Of a stretch of DNA of 64,000 bases, positions 1-12,478 are shown in pieces; position 1 is the first letter of the stretch; each line of letters begins with the position of its first letter. Below the pieces are notes generated by a model. It searched no databases, was not told where the DNA came from, and worked only from the letters and a program-made list of their open reading frames with translations. The position numbers were made by a program, and so were the translations under genes. Source of the stretch: Nymphaea colorata. Lineage: Eukaryota. The DNA is taken from assembly GCF_008831285.2 (NCBI RefSeq), contig NC_045138.2:38564001-38628000 (forward strand), in the 5' to 3' direction.

Positions 1-680
1 AAGGGAAGTTTACTTTTAAATTCTATAAAGAGGATGACCTGAGTAACTATTGGACTGATTATCCATGATAGTGGATATATAGGATTATGATTTATGTTGC
101 ATGAGCATGGTTTTGCAAGGTTTCAAAATCAAAGGCCTGAAATTGTTTATAAATTTCCAAGCCTCAAAGTGACATAGATTTAATTGACAAAACATGACCC
201 AAACGTTGATTCTTAATGAGAACCATGCTCGCATGTACATGAGGCCATTTGCAAAATATAGGCTGAAAGAGTGTTGTTTGTGCATGGTGTTCATGGACAG
301 TTGGTTCATTTGGAAATCAAACATAAATCAGCTAGATTAGTCACTTAGATAAATTTTAATGTAATTCAACGTGAGATAAGTTTGGCGTTCTAAGGTGATT
401 AGCAAGGCTGTCATTGCATTTAAGCAGATGGACTTGTACTGTCAATTTCAAAATGTTTTCAATTGGTTATTCTATTCATTTTCCTTTTAAGGTTGATGTA
501 TGCTTGCTTCTTTATCTTAGTTGAAGTTGAAATTGGGTTTGGTATTTCTTTTATTAGGTTCTGCTCTTGTATCATCTTTGGGATGCTCTATATATTCAAC
601 AAGATTTTTCGTTTTAAATTTCCAAATATACCTTATTCTGCAGCTGTAAATCTATACTTACATGCACAATCTTCATTTAG

Positions 681-3288
681 GTGGTGTGTACTGAAGGTCC
701 AGATAGAGTCAAAGAGCTAATAAATGAGTTTGGTGCATCATTTGACTATGGGGAAGATGGAAACCTACATCTTGCAAGAGAAGGCGGGCATTCTCATCGA
801 AGAATTGTTCATGCTGCTGATATGACCGGAAGAGAAATTGAACGTGCTTTACTTAAAGCTGTTGATAATGATCCTAGGATATTTATGTTTGAGCACCATT
901 TTGCAATTGATCTGCTGACCTCTCAGGTTTGTATTTCGAAATTACTTTGATTCTGCTTGATCTGATATGCTATTTATTCTGCTGTAATCTTACAAAGATA
1001 GGTCTACTAGCAGTCTCAAATGCGTTGGTGCATATTTGGTATCTGAAGGTTCTGTTTCCAAAGATCATGAAACTGTGGAAATGGTATCATGTAAAATGTG
1101 CCAAAAATTGTTGACAAAAACTGAAATCAAACTACCTTCACGTATCTACTCGAGTGGTTGCTTCACTAATTAGTTAGCTGGAGTTGTCAAGCCAATGACT
1201 TGTGGATCATAGCCTTCTGAGTGAGCCGACCTTTGGATGTTTCTTTGATTGAACTTTTGTTCTGACTGCACCATGCTCATACTACATTGTCTTTGACTTT
1301 TGCAGAACGCCCAGGAGATTTCTTGTCATGGGGTTGATACATTGAACACTGAAACACAAGAGGTAAGGGCATGGTGTGAAAGGCACCAGCTATCATTCTG
1401 AGTGACTAGAGATGCTATTTGGATTACATATTCTTTATTTGAGGTTTTCTTCATTAGTCTTGTTTAATTTTCAGATTGTCCGTTTCATCTCAAAAGTAAC
1501 CATGCTTGCTTCAGGCGGAGTGGGGCATATTTATCCCTCAACTACGAACCCATTGGTACGTAAACTTTACCTTCTTGGACATGTTTTAAATTACAGTATC
1601 TAAGAGGCCATAGTATTTCGCTATGAAATCTGAGGAAGTTTAGTTTTTTCAAATGCTATGTTCTTGTTATAAGCATTTCTATCAAGTGAAACAGTTGGAA
1701 GGTCTTCAACAAAGACTTTAATTTATATGTTTGGTTCAAACGTTTGCTGGAAAGTATTTGTTTTAACATAGATTCCCTACCTGTGATTTTGTTGTAAAAT
1801 ATTGCAAAGGATAGAGGTTGTGGTTGACTTTATTTTATTTGAGTGGCTTTCAAAGGTTTCTTGGAAAGTGTTTGTCTTGACATAGGTTCCTTACCTGTGA
1901 TTTTGTTGTAAAGTACTGTAAAAGATAGAGGTTCTGATTGTTGTCTTGGTGAGGCCCATTACAGGGGCGCGTCTTTCTTATTCCTTCTTTATCATTAGGC
2001 TTCTTTCATATTCTATAATCTTATTATGCAATAATTTCTTTATTCATTCACTTCCTTTGCGTCTTACTCTCCACTTATTTCTTTAAAATAACAACCACAT
2101 GTACATCAATCTTATTTTCACAATTTACTACTTCTCAGGTAGCCACTGGGGACGGCATTGCAATGGCACACCGAGCAAATGCAGTCATATCAAACATGGA
2201 GTAAGCATTTCAAGTTCTTAGGAGACTTTAAATGCTTAATAACATAGTGCACGTTTCTCATCCTGCTCTTTATAATCAGATTTGTGCAGTTCCATCCCAC
2301 AGCCTTGGCTGATGAAGGATTGCCTGTTAAACAAGAAAGAGAAAATGCATTTCTAATCACAGAAGCTGTTCGTGGAGATGGTGGAATCCTGTATAATCAA
2401 TCTATGGAAAGATTCATGCCACTGTATGATGAACGAGCTGAGTTGGCTCCAAGGGATGTAGTAGCTCGATCCATAGACGACCAACTGAAAAAACGTGGAG
2501 AAAAGTATGTTTTGCTTGATATAAGTCACAAGCCAAGGGATCAAATTTTGTCCCACTTTCCTACTATTGCAGCGGAATGCCTCCGGAGTGGGTTGGACAT
2601 AACTCGTGAACCCATACCTGTTGTCCCTGCTGCACATTATATGTGTGGAGGAGTTCAAGCTGGTCTTCATGGTGAAACAGCTGTACGTGGACTTTATGTT
2701 GCTGGGGAAGTTGCATGCACAGGCTTACATGGGGCCAACCGTCTTGCTAGCAACTCTTTGCTTGAAGCTCTTGTTTTTGCACAAAGGGCAGTGGGTCCTT
2801 CTGTTGATCATGTTTCCAAGTCAACCCATGGTCTTGATCTCAAGGCTTCAAGTAACTGGGTCCGTCCTGAATTGCCCTTTTCTCTTGGGCAAGACACCCT
2901 CAAAGCTATCAGAAGGATAACGGGATCTATGCGGAAGGAATTGCAAACAATTATGTGGGATTATGTGGGAATAGTGAGATCAACTCAAAGGTTAGAGATA
3001 GCTGAGGAGAAACTTTGGGAGTTAGAAAAATCATGGGAAGATTTCATGTTCTGTTCTGGGTGGAAAACTCACATGGTTGGACTTGAAGTATGTGAGATGA
3101 GGAACCTTATATGTTGTGCAAGGTTGGTTGTTAGTAGTGCTTTGTCTCGGCATGAGAGCAGGGGGCTGCATTTCACAGTGGATTTTCCTTATGTTGAAGA
3201 CAGCAAAAGGCTTCCAACGATCATATTTCCTGGGACTTCTGTGAAGGTCACATGGAGCTCTCAACAGCTCCATAGGACCTATTCGTGA
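681..3288 (+). CDS. AO: L-aspartate oxidase (NadB/FIN4, NAD de novo synthesis), 5'-partial; upstream exons lie before the window
   Basis: Exons 681-926, 1306-1362, 1475-1555, 2139-2200 and 2280-3288, all GT-AG and in phase. Motifs [79 protein letters not shown] and HESRGLH are typical of L-aspartate oxidase. Confidence 0.96.
1748..1933. repeat. Diverged direct repeat (about 72-bp unit, copies 114 bp apart) in an AO intron
   Basis: tggaaagtatttgttttaacatagattccctacctgtgattttgttgtaaa... at 1748 recurs with substitutions at 1862. Confidence 0.8.
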
Positions 3289-5024
3289 GATAAACAGTTT
3301 CTGTTCTGTTCAATCACAAGTGGGATATCCCTAGATAAGATGTGAAGGTCTGGCACCCATATTTATTAGAAACAGTTATGGCATCTTGTGTTGTCAAGGG
3401 AATACGTGCTTTGCTCCTGAAGTTTATGAAAACATTATTTGTGATTTTTGTTCTTCGGCATGACTACTTGAATAAAAGAGGAGAAGAAGAAAGGCTGAAT
3501 GTGAACAGACGTGAAAAAAGAGAGAAAGAGAGAAGAGAAGGTGCAAAACTGTCGGGTTGATTTAGCAATTGTAGTTTGTTTTAGAATAGCAGCCTCGCGA
3601 AGCGAGCAAAATAAAACTTTGAAAGGTGTATGCTGGTCATTGTCGTGGTTATATTGAAAGTTTACGTTCTTGACATTGGCCAATCATCGAGTTGAACTTT
3701 TTATTCTTGATTCTTTTGTTGGGCAATCGTTGCTCTTTTGAGGACAGCCCAACCATAAAGTTACCTTTTTCTTGTTGGCAGAATGCCCTTCTTGCCTGCT
3801 ACAAACATTTGCTATTTTCAATGCATCTGCTAATTATTTTTTACATTCCTTTGGCTGGACATGGTGATTCAAACTCTTCTATACCTAATTAGTCGAAGAT
3901 AAAACTAACAGCATGCAGAACCACATGGTGATGGTGATCTCTTGTAATGTCGAAAAAATTCATAAATACAACGAAGGTGGTAACCGGTTTGCAACTATTT
4001 AGAGTTTCCCTTGCGAGGACCGTATCATGGGCGGGGCGAGGGTGCATGGGTGGGGAGATACTCAGTGAAGCTTTTTCCTTTTTTTTTTTTTTTCTCAAGT
4101 TCACCACCCATCAACCAGGAAGAGATTTTATCAGTTTTAAAATTTTTCTTATTGTTATATTGATGCTTTGCAGTTACTAAAAACTGGCTCGATGGGGCCT
4201 GGTTTAGCCCGATTAATTTTTTTATTATTTTTATTTAATAATTATATATATATATATTATTATTTTTTATTTTAATCGAACCAGGCCCGGTATTAGGTAT
4301 TTGATGCTCAAGCCTACCCCTTAATCAAAACAAGACTTTCATGGATCCACCAACAATTCGATCAGTTCCATCCTATATAGCCTATGTCATTTTCTATGTT
4401 ATATCTATTTGAAAACCTATTAGTATATGTTCTGACTAAGTTAAACATGTCAATAAAAATTCTCTTGCTTTTTAAAGGAATTTCAATGCTATATTTTTCT
4501 TACCATTTGCAAGCTTAGATATATATCTTTTTCCATATCTTCCTTGTAAGACTTGGCAGTTGAGACAAACTTTGGACAAGAGAAAAAAATGAGCCAACTT
4601 AGTAAGTTTGAGATTATCTTCCAATAAATCTTTTTGAAATTAACTCTTGTATTTTCCGTTATATGGATTCGTCACAGCTGTCGGGCATAGGAACCACGGC
4701 TACTTCTCTTTTAAAATCCTTGCAGGTTATCGACAGGTTTGGGAGAAATTTCTTCCTGCTCACTCAAAATATACCATTTTTTAAATAATAAAAAATGCAT
4801 TTATCTCAAAATTACAAATCTCAAACACTGGCCAATTTAGTTCGAAGGAAGGGTTTCAAACCTTCAATTTCAGACAATACTCGGACAAAACGTACTTGAG
4901 GGACGCCATGCCAACTGGGTTCGCTGTAGATCCGACCCAACCTTCTTAGAAAACCTCATTCAGGCTGCAGGAGGGTTTTAGAAAACAAGAAACCTATCTC
5001 TCTCTCGGGAAGAAGCAAAGGAAG

Positions 5025-8000
5025 ATGGCAACTGGTGCCTGTGCCAGGAGAGTGGCGCGTTCTTCGGTTGGCAACACTTTCAGGTCATTCATGTTAGGGA
5101 AGACTAAAACTAGTGTGGGTGTGCCTTCTTCCGCTCCACCCACACTTCCGTTCTCTTCCCTCCCAAAGCGCTGTCATGTCTCAAGGCCTGATTTCTCTCT
5201 TTCTCTATCTATTTTACCATGTTGGTTGTGCAAGAGTGTTTTGCCAGCTGCCCATTTTTATTTTCTTCTTCATTTCTCTGTCATTTCTTCTGTTAATCCG
5301 TCGTGTATGGTGTTTGTTGATTGGCGTTATCCTTTTGGTTGTTTTATCGTTTTTGAATCCGAAAAGTCATGATTATCCTTGTTTTGTAGTATGCGCTGTG
5401 TGAAGTTAAATGTCTGTGCAAGATATTGATTCTCCGTGTTGTTCCATAGTTGATTCGCCTCATTTTCACCCTTTTTGCTGCTCGAGTTTCCCTTGTATTG
5501 CATATTTGAAGAATATTATTGGTAATTTTGTATAAAAGAAATGGGCCTAGAGGCTCATTGTTCTTGGACAGGTCTTCGTAGCGTCTCTTAAGTGATTCTC
5601 CAATGTGGTTGGGAGAAGTGTTTGAGACTTTGATTTTGCATGTGGCGATTAATCGTGACAGTGGCTAACTATTGTGGTAGTGGAATGGATGAAAGGGAAC
5701 TCTTTCTTGTGAAGCTTCGGGTGTTGGCATCTTCATTTTGGCTCTTTAAATGTACGGTGGCTTACAGCGTACTGATTATACCACATTTTTGAGCTCCAAG
5801 GTTAGAAAAAAGAACCTGCGGGCGTTTTCCTGTTTTCTGGATGCTCCTTTCAGCTATAGCTCCCAATAACATGAAAATGGAGAGTAATAGTCTCATCCCT
5901 TGGGTGGTTATTCTTGGTTTTTCGATCAACCGTAGCATTGTTAGAACTGAGGATGGATTACCGCATCGCTTGGCTTGGTCAGAGAACCATGATTGTTATC
6001 TGTTTCAATTGGACGTTAATTTTGTGTGTTTACTTATTTAATATTTATTCCTGTTTCTTAGGGACTCTTGTTCACCTGTTCACACTTTATGACTACATTT
6101 CTGAACTTGTTATTGCTTTTGTTGTTCATAGGTTGCCTAGGATCTTGGGATCTGCTGAATCTTTGATGCCACTCCACAGCGTTACTGCATCTGCTTTGCT
6201 GACTTCAATGCTTTCTGATAAATCTCAAAACTGGGGGTGGCTATCAGAAGGTACCGTCCTTTTACTGTGATCCCCTTTCCTATTATTTTAGTTCATCGTT
6301 TGTTCATTCATGTTTGCAATTCCTGCTTGCTTTTTTTCTTGATGAATAATTCTTGAACTTCCTTTTCTATTTTACTTTTGTGCTTCTTTTTTTAATTTTC
6401 TTCTTAGCATACTCGTCCAACATTTTAAATTTAAATATTTTAAATCGCATTTCAGAATAGAAAGGTACAGAAACACCAACTCCCCTGCCCTATTCCAAGT
6501 CCTCGAAAGACAGCATCTTATAAGAATAATCCTGGACATGTTTCGGCCATGCCATTATCCTTTTTTGGTTTGAAATTTCTTCCTTAGTTTTCCATGTGAG
6601 AAAATATTGTTTCAAATTTTGTGCAAAATTTGCTTCAGAAGACGAAGTTCTAGGTGCTAGCAAATTTTTGTAACTGAATGCAGCTACATTCCCCCCTTGA
6701 TTTGCAGTTGAGATAATATTCTCGCACGTCATTAATGACTGGATCTGATATTTCTCATAAGCAGGAACATCACGGTCTAATTTTAACCTCTTTCGGCCTT
6801 AAGTATTAGGTCTGCCTTTTCAAGAATACAAACTTTTTCAGCTTAGATTGAGGGGAACAGTTGAAATATTGTTAAATTAATCTTGTAAGATCCTAATTCC
6901 AAGAACTTGCACCATCACTTCACGGGTTTTACGTAAAGCACTAAACCACATGAATCTGGTGGATTGGGAGTCTACAGGACTTATGTTTTATTTTGATGGC
7001 AAACTCTGGTGAAAGCTTTTCCAAATCAAAAAATTGTATGATGGTTGAAAATGGAAAGTGCATGATTCTAGTCGATTTACTTGAAGCCCTAAAGAATTTG
7101 AATACAAGATGGTGCCTGTTGTATCATATGATGCATAATTACATGAAATAATACTATAAAAAATAGACAGATTATCTTACTGAATGTAACAGTTCTATGT
7201 CACCGATCATGAAATAGTGCATATGATTTGTCTCCTTTCTATGCTAAAGTTGATATTACTAAGTAGTTAAGTTTTTAAGCCCCATACTGCACATATCAGG
7301 TGGTGCACTAAAGGGACCCTCGTAATGCGAAAGGAACAGAGCAGTAGGGAGATACATCCGTAGGCAAGGGCAAGAAAGAGGTATGCATATGTATGTTCAC
7401 TTCCTTAAACGTGGGCATAGAAGGAAGAGTTGAACCAATCCTAAAGGCAGTGATAGGGGAAAATCTATGTTTACTGCTTCGACTAGTCGTTTCTTGCACT
7501 GCTCAATGGTGAATGGGCTGCTTGAACTTAAACATCTTATTCTAAGCTTACACTCGGTAATCCCTAAAGCTTTTCCTTCCCCAGGGATTGCCTTAACTTT
7601 GACTCTCCGGTGAGATGTATGTACTATACTTTTTGTTTCAGTTAACTTATACAGACCCACATTACCATCATGTAGCCTTTGCTTTCACTTAGGAAACCTA
7701 GTTTTGGTGGTTTTATTGACATAACATGGATAGACAACTAGGCCCCCATTGAGGTGGTGCTTCACAAGCTACTTGGGGAATGCAGGTTTTTCTAATGTGC
7801 TGATTTGGGTTGTAGTTGCTTCATTTTCAAATTGCTGCAGAAACTGTGTCAAATTGTTTGCTGTTGCTAGTTTTCATGATTAAGTTGGGGATAGCCACGT
7901 ACTTTAATTCATTTGCCATGATACATTGCATTTTTTGAGTTACATGAATTGGTTGTGTCATTGACATGTTTCGGTGCAGGAGTATATGATTAAGTTGTGG

Positions 8001-8086
8001 TTGTCTTTACAAAACTAAGTGCTGGGAGAATACTTATATAACATGGTATTGTACTTTGTGTTGCAGGTTTTGCTACACCGCTATAA
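5025..8086 (+). CDS. NFD6: NUCLEAR FUSION DEFECTIVE 6-like small organellar protein (about 99 aa)
   Basis: Exons 5025-5185 (or 5025-5083; donor ambiguous), 6132-6250 and 8067-8086. The N-terminus is Arg/Ser-rich like a transit peptide. The core RLPRILGSAESLMPLHSVTASALLTSMLS...WGWLSEG|FATPL* matches the NFD6 family. Confidence 0.85.
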
Positions 8087-8106
8087 CAGGATGTGTGATG
8101 TGGAGG

Positions 8107-8267
8107 GAATGAGCTGAACAAGCGAATCTCGATTCCCGTTTTGGGTAATCGTTTTTATTTGTTGCAGTATAATTTTCTGGCTTCAGAATGAGCTGAACAA
8201 GCGAATGTCGATTCCCGTTTTGGGTAATCGTTTTTATTTGTTGCAGTATAATTTTCTGGCTTCAGAA
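8107..8267. repeat. 79-bp x2 tandem duplication in the NFD6 3' UTR
   Basis: gaatgagctgaacaagcgaat(c/g)tcgattcccg...ggcttca at 8107 and 8186, one mismatch. Confidence 0.95.
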
Positions 8268-11200
8268 ACAATTATTTTGGGTACTCGCATTCAAAGGCCA
8301 TTTCTAGAACATTGATGTTTGCTTCCTTTCTGTTGAGAAATCTAGGAAAGAATATTCCTGAGTACATCTTTTTGCTTGTCAGCTTTGCCATTCTAGCTCA
8401 TGGACTCTTAAAAAATTCGCCACCCCCAAGTCGGACACGACTCCAGTGCAGCAAACGAGATTTTGCATTTTTTTTTGTTGGGGTGTGTTAAATCTCATAT
8501 AATATATATGTGTGTGTGTATTGTGCGTGCGCGTGCGTGTGCTGCATGCACACCAATGTTTCCTTTTTTGGGGAAAACGCCGCATATCTGCCCCAACACT
8601 GGCATCTGTGTGACCATAGCTCCTGGTAGATGTGAAAATAATCAGGGTTGCTACCAATATGGATGATGAAACTTGTCATAAGAAACTCTCTCCCTCTGCC
8701 GGAGGGATGTCTGGAAGAAAAATTCAAAAAAAGTTAGAAGCGGAAAAAGAAGCATGGGGCTCATAGGTGAACCAAATAGCAACATTATATATATATATAT
8801 ATATATATATATACAAGGCTCCATTTCAAAAAGTTAGATAAAAGTTTGGAGGGTAGCAGTTCCTTCTCCCCAACGCAGTCCTAATTTCGAACATCGATCT
8901 TCTGGCAGTCACCACCAACCACCTTGTCATTTGTTCATACATGTTTTACCATACCTTATTCTCATCCTCTCCGTCTAAATCTTCATGTTTGCTATCCGGT
9001 GCTTCTGTCTAGTAAAAACTTTCTGAGGCCACAAGTCTAGGACGTGGGTGAATGATGACACCTTTAAGAAGGTATTGGGTAGGTGAGATGCACGTTGCGT
9101 GTCAAATGAGTAGTCATAGTTTCATACTTATGGGTCCCTCTCCCTGTGTAAGCTTAAGCTTGGTGCACCCGTTGGTCCATGGAGCACTTGTTGAAATTGT
9201 TTTTGGTCCTGCTGGCAGAAGAGGGGGCCATAGTTGTCGGACAGATTGTCCACCGGCTTCAAACAATTCTATGAGCCACTTCAATACAGCCTGTTAGCTA
9301 TCACTGCCATTTGCAGGCATATATGCACTCGATCCTTTATAGGGATGCCCTCCTTATTAAGCAAACAATTTTTTTTCATTTGTATCTTCTTATTTTAATG
9401 TAAAGTCCACGAGCTAATAGATCCTTTTTCGCCTTTGTAAAAAGAATAAGATAGTTGATGAGTAAAACCTCGTAAACTATTCATTTAGAAAAAAAGAACC
9501 TTCTTTCTTTGCTGTAAATTTCTTGCTGAGTGAAAATGATCAAAAGCTCAACGTGGGGGTGAGACTGATGCAGCAAGCTTATGTTGGCAATGAGAACTGA
9601 ATTGATCTATTACGGGGGTGTTCAAGCTCTGCTCATTTTCGGACTCGGCGGAACCAAAGTCCCGCCTATGATGTGTTGAAGATGGACTGAGCTCAAGCAA
9701 GCTTGTTGTTGGTCGGGTTGAAGTGGACTTCATTTTAAACACAGAGTTTGTCCTCTCCCTTTCCACTTTTCTAGTACTATGTGATGGATAATATGTAGCA
9801 TACAACACAGGAATTGAAAAATCCTAGTGCAAAAATGTGTTTGGAAAGACAGTCGAAAGTGAGAAGAAGGGCTTCAGTGGCATGTGATTTTCTTGTTAAA
9901 GGTATCCTTTTGCAGATAAAAGTGAGCCGGCTTCCTTGTCATTGTGGCCCTGTATGAATAAAGCATACAAGTATTGCTTGTGGGTGTGGACCAAAATGAT
10001 GTTAAACTTCTTCCCTTTGCCAAAGCAAAGAATAAAGAATGTAAAAACTTCTGGCTTGGGCATGTCCAAGGCTTCAGAATATAGTGCTCCGGTACAGATC
10101 ATGGTATCTTCGTGGAGATCCCACTTTGATTTTCTTTCTAATTTTCTTCTTTTTAACTATTGCTTTTCTACCCTTTTGCTTGCTTTCTTTTTTTTAAATT
10201 GGTGGCTTCTGTTTTGAGTAGGTCCTCCTGTATCGTATCTGCCGGCTGTTTGAATTAATATTGTATTGTGCCGATTGGTTTAATATATAATTTTTTAATT
10301 TAAACGCAAGTGTTAAGAAGGTCTTAACATAAAACTAATTTTTATGCAAATGACAAATAAAGATTTTAAAACAACTTCTTATTGAACTTTTTTTTTAATT
10401 GTAGAAAGGGTTAATTTTCTTTTATTTTTAGTGCAAGTATGAAGTCACTTACGAGAAAAAAAAAGAAAATTCTTGTTTATGTTGCCATGTATACCCCCTT
10501 CCATGGCCCGAGCCTTTACTTTAGGATGTCTCCAGGTCCTCATTGTTCAGCACCAATGAACATTCTCACCTTCCTCACTAAGGAATCCACTCCTTTTTAT
10601 TCGAGCACAGACATCAAGGAGCTACTGAAGGATGTTTGTCTAAAAAGGGACCACCAATAAATCTTGCTCATGCAAAAACTCTGGAAAACCATATATTGAT
10701 CATACTTCCAGATTGGGTTCATGTTGTTTTCTTCTTCATGATATATATATATATATACGGATTTTGCGTTTTGATATTGGAAATGCTTGGGCATCTCAGT
10801 AGTAAAATCTTTAACAATACCAATAAACAAGAAAACAATAATTGCTGATGCTTTGTATACGTGGATCTAATGTAATTTTGTAACTAATGTTACGTGGGGC
10901 TTGGCCAATTTATAGTTATCGCTGTCGTCATTTACTTTCGTCCCAATTGCTTGACCCTGCTTTGTGATTGCTACTTCTCTCTACCTTATCGACAGCTGGG
11001 GGTCGGTTGCTTCCTTCGCTCAAGAATTATATGGTCGTCAATGTAGTGATGTTTGGAGTAACACGGCGTCGACAAGAAGAAGAGTGGTCCGCCCCGGCGG
11101 CTGTGTCCGTGACCATCGGCCCAATTCAGTTTTAAATAAAAAGTTTAATATATATATATATATATATATATTAGGTCGAATCAGCCCGAGATTGTCGAGC

Positions 11201-12298
11201 CAAAGGCCATTTTCTGACCTGAATCTAGCCCGATGCCCACTCTTAAGTCTAAGGATATTCATGTTTTATGGACCACACGTTAACCCATTCTCAATAGACG
11301 TACTAAAAAATAAAATGGAACTAAATATGTCAAAAGTATCATAGATTATTTAAGACAGCTGAATTGCATTTTGTAAGGGAAAAGAAATCTGATTAGTAAT
11401 CGGATCCATGTTGGGTTTAAATAATTTTTTCGACTGGATGTAGGAGTGTTAATCTATCAAGTCAAGCTCATGGTAAAAGTGACAGCCCAAAACCGGGTTT
11501 TAGAGCGCAGGGTTTGAAGTGTGTTTGAATACCATGAAAAGGAAGTTTAGCGAAAACCTAGTTTTCATTGAGTTTAGTTCCCATAACAGGAGTAAATATT
11601 AAATAACTTATGTTTTAGGTGTGTTATCTAAGCACAAAAACCATCTTATTTAAATTCATTAAGAAACTTGGTTTTTACATAATCAATTTTTCCTACAAAA
11701 GGCCTCGAAGCAGCTCTGAACCCTAAAAACAAAGAGAGAAACGGGGAGGTTCCGACTCTTTAGACATCGCACACAAAATCAAGTTTTCACAAAATTGGGT
11801 TTTAAATCTATGATCTAAATGACCCTAAAATAAAGTTCTCTAAATTTTGGAAACCCTCGCCACAATGGAGTTCAATTTGTTCAAAGGTTTAAAGCCGTAA
11901 TCAACTCCAATTATGCTAAATCCGTGAGCTCATTATATTAGTTATAAATTTAAAAACATGCACATCATATTTCTGATTTTCCCAATAGAAGCCTCACCTT
12001 TGGTGTTAATTGCCAAGGACCAGTCTTCAGTTAAATGATAATGCCTTGGAAGATGTAAAAGTTTATGCTCTCCAGCGTTGTCTTTTTATGTGAAATCCTA
12101 TTCTTTATACTTTCTGTGAGAAGGAGAAGGCATATTTAAAGGGCGACTTGCTTCTTATGCCATTTTATTTTGTGGTCGCTGATGAAAGACCATAACAAAT
12201 AATATGCTTAAGCACCGTATTATTTTTCTTATTAAATAAAAATTATATCATGCCATATATATATATACACGAGAATATCCGACAACCAGTAAATTTTA

Positions 12299-12336
<38 letters not shown>

Positions 12337-12478
12337 GTGGTTTACTAGTAAAGGAGAAGCAAAATGGCATATAGGCAAACTCACACGATCACTCAAACTA
12401 GAGAGGGACAGGGAAGGAGACCTTTACAATGAAGAAAGAATAGAACAAGGGTGGAAGGAGGCCGCGACGTCGCCATCC

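Noticed and set aside
9902..9910. Perfect U12 donor word GTATCCTTT
   Set aside because: Intergenic, with no supported upstream exon or matching U12 branch site.
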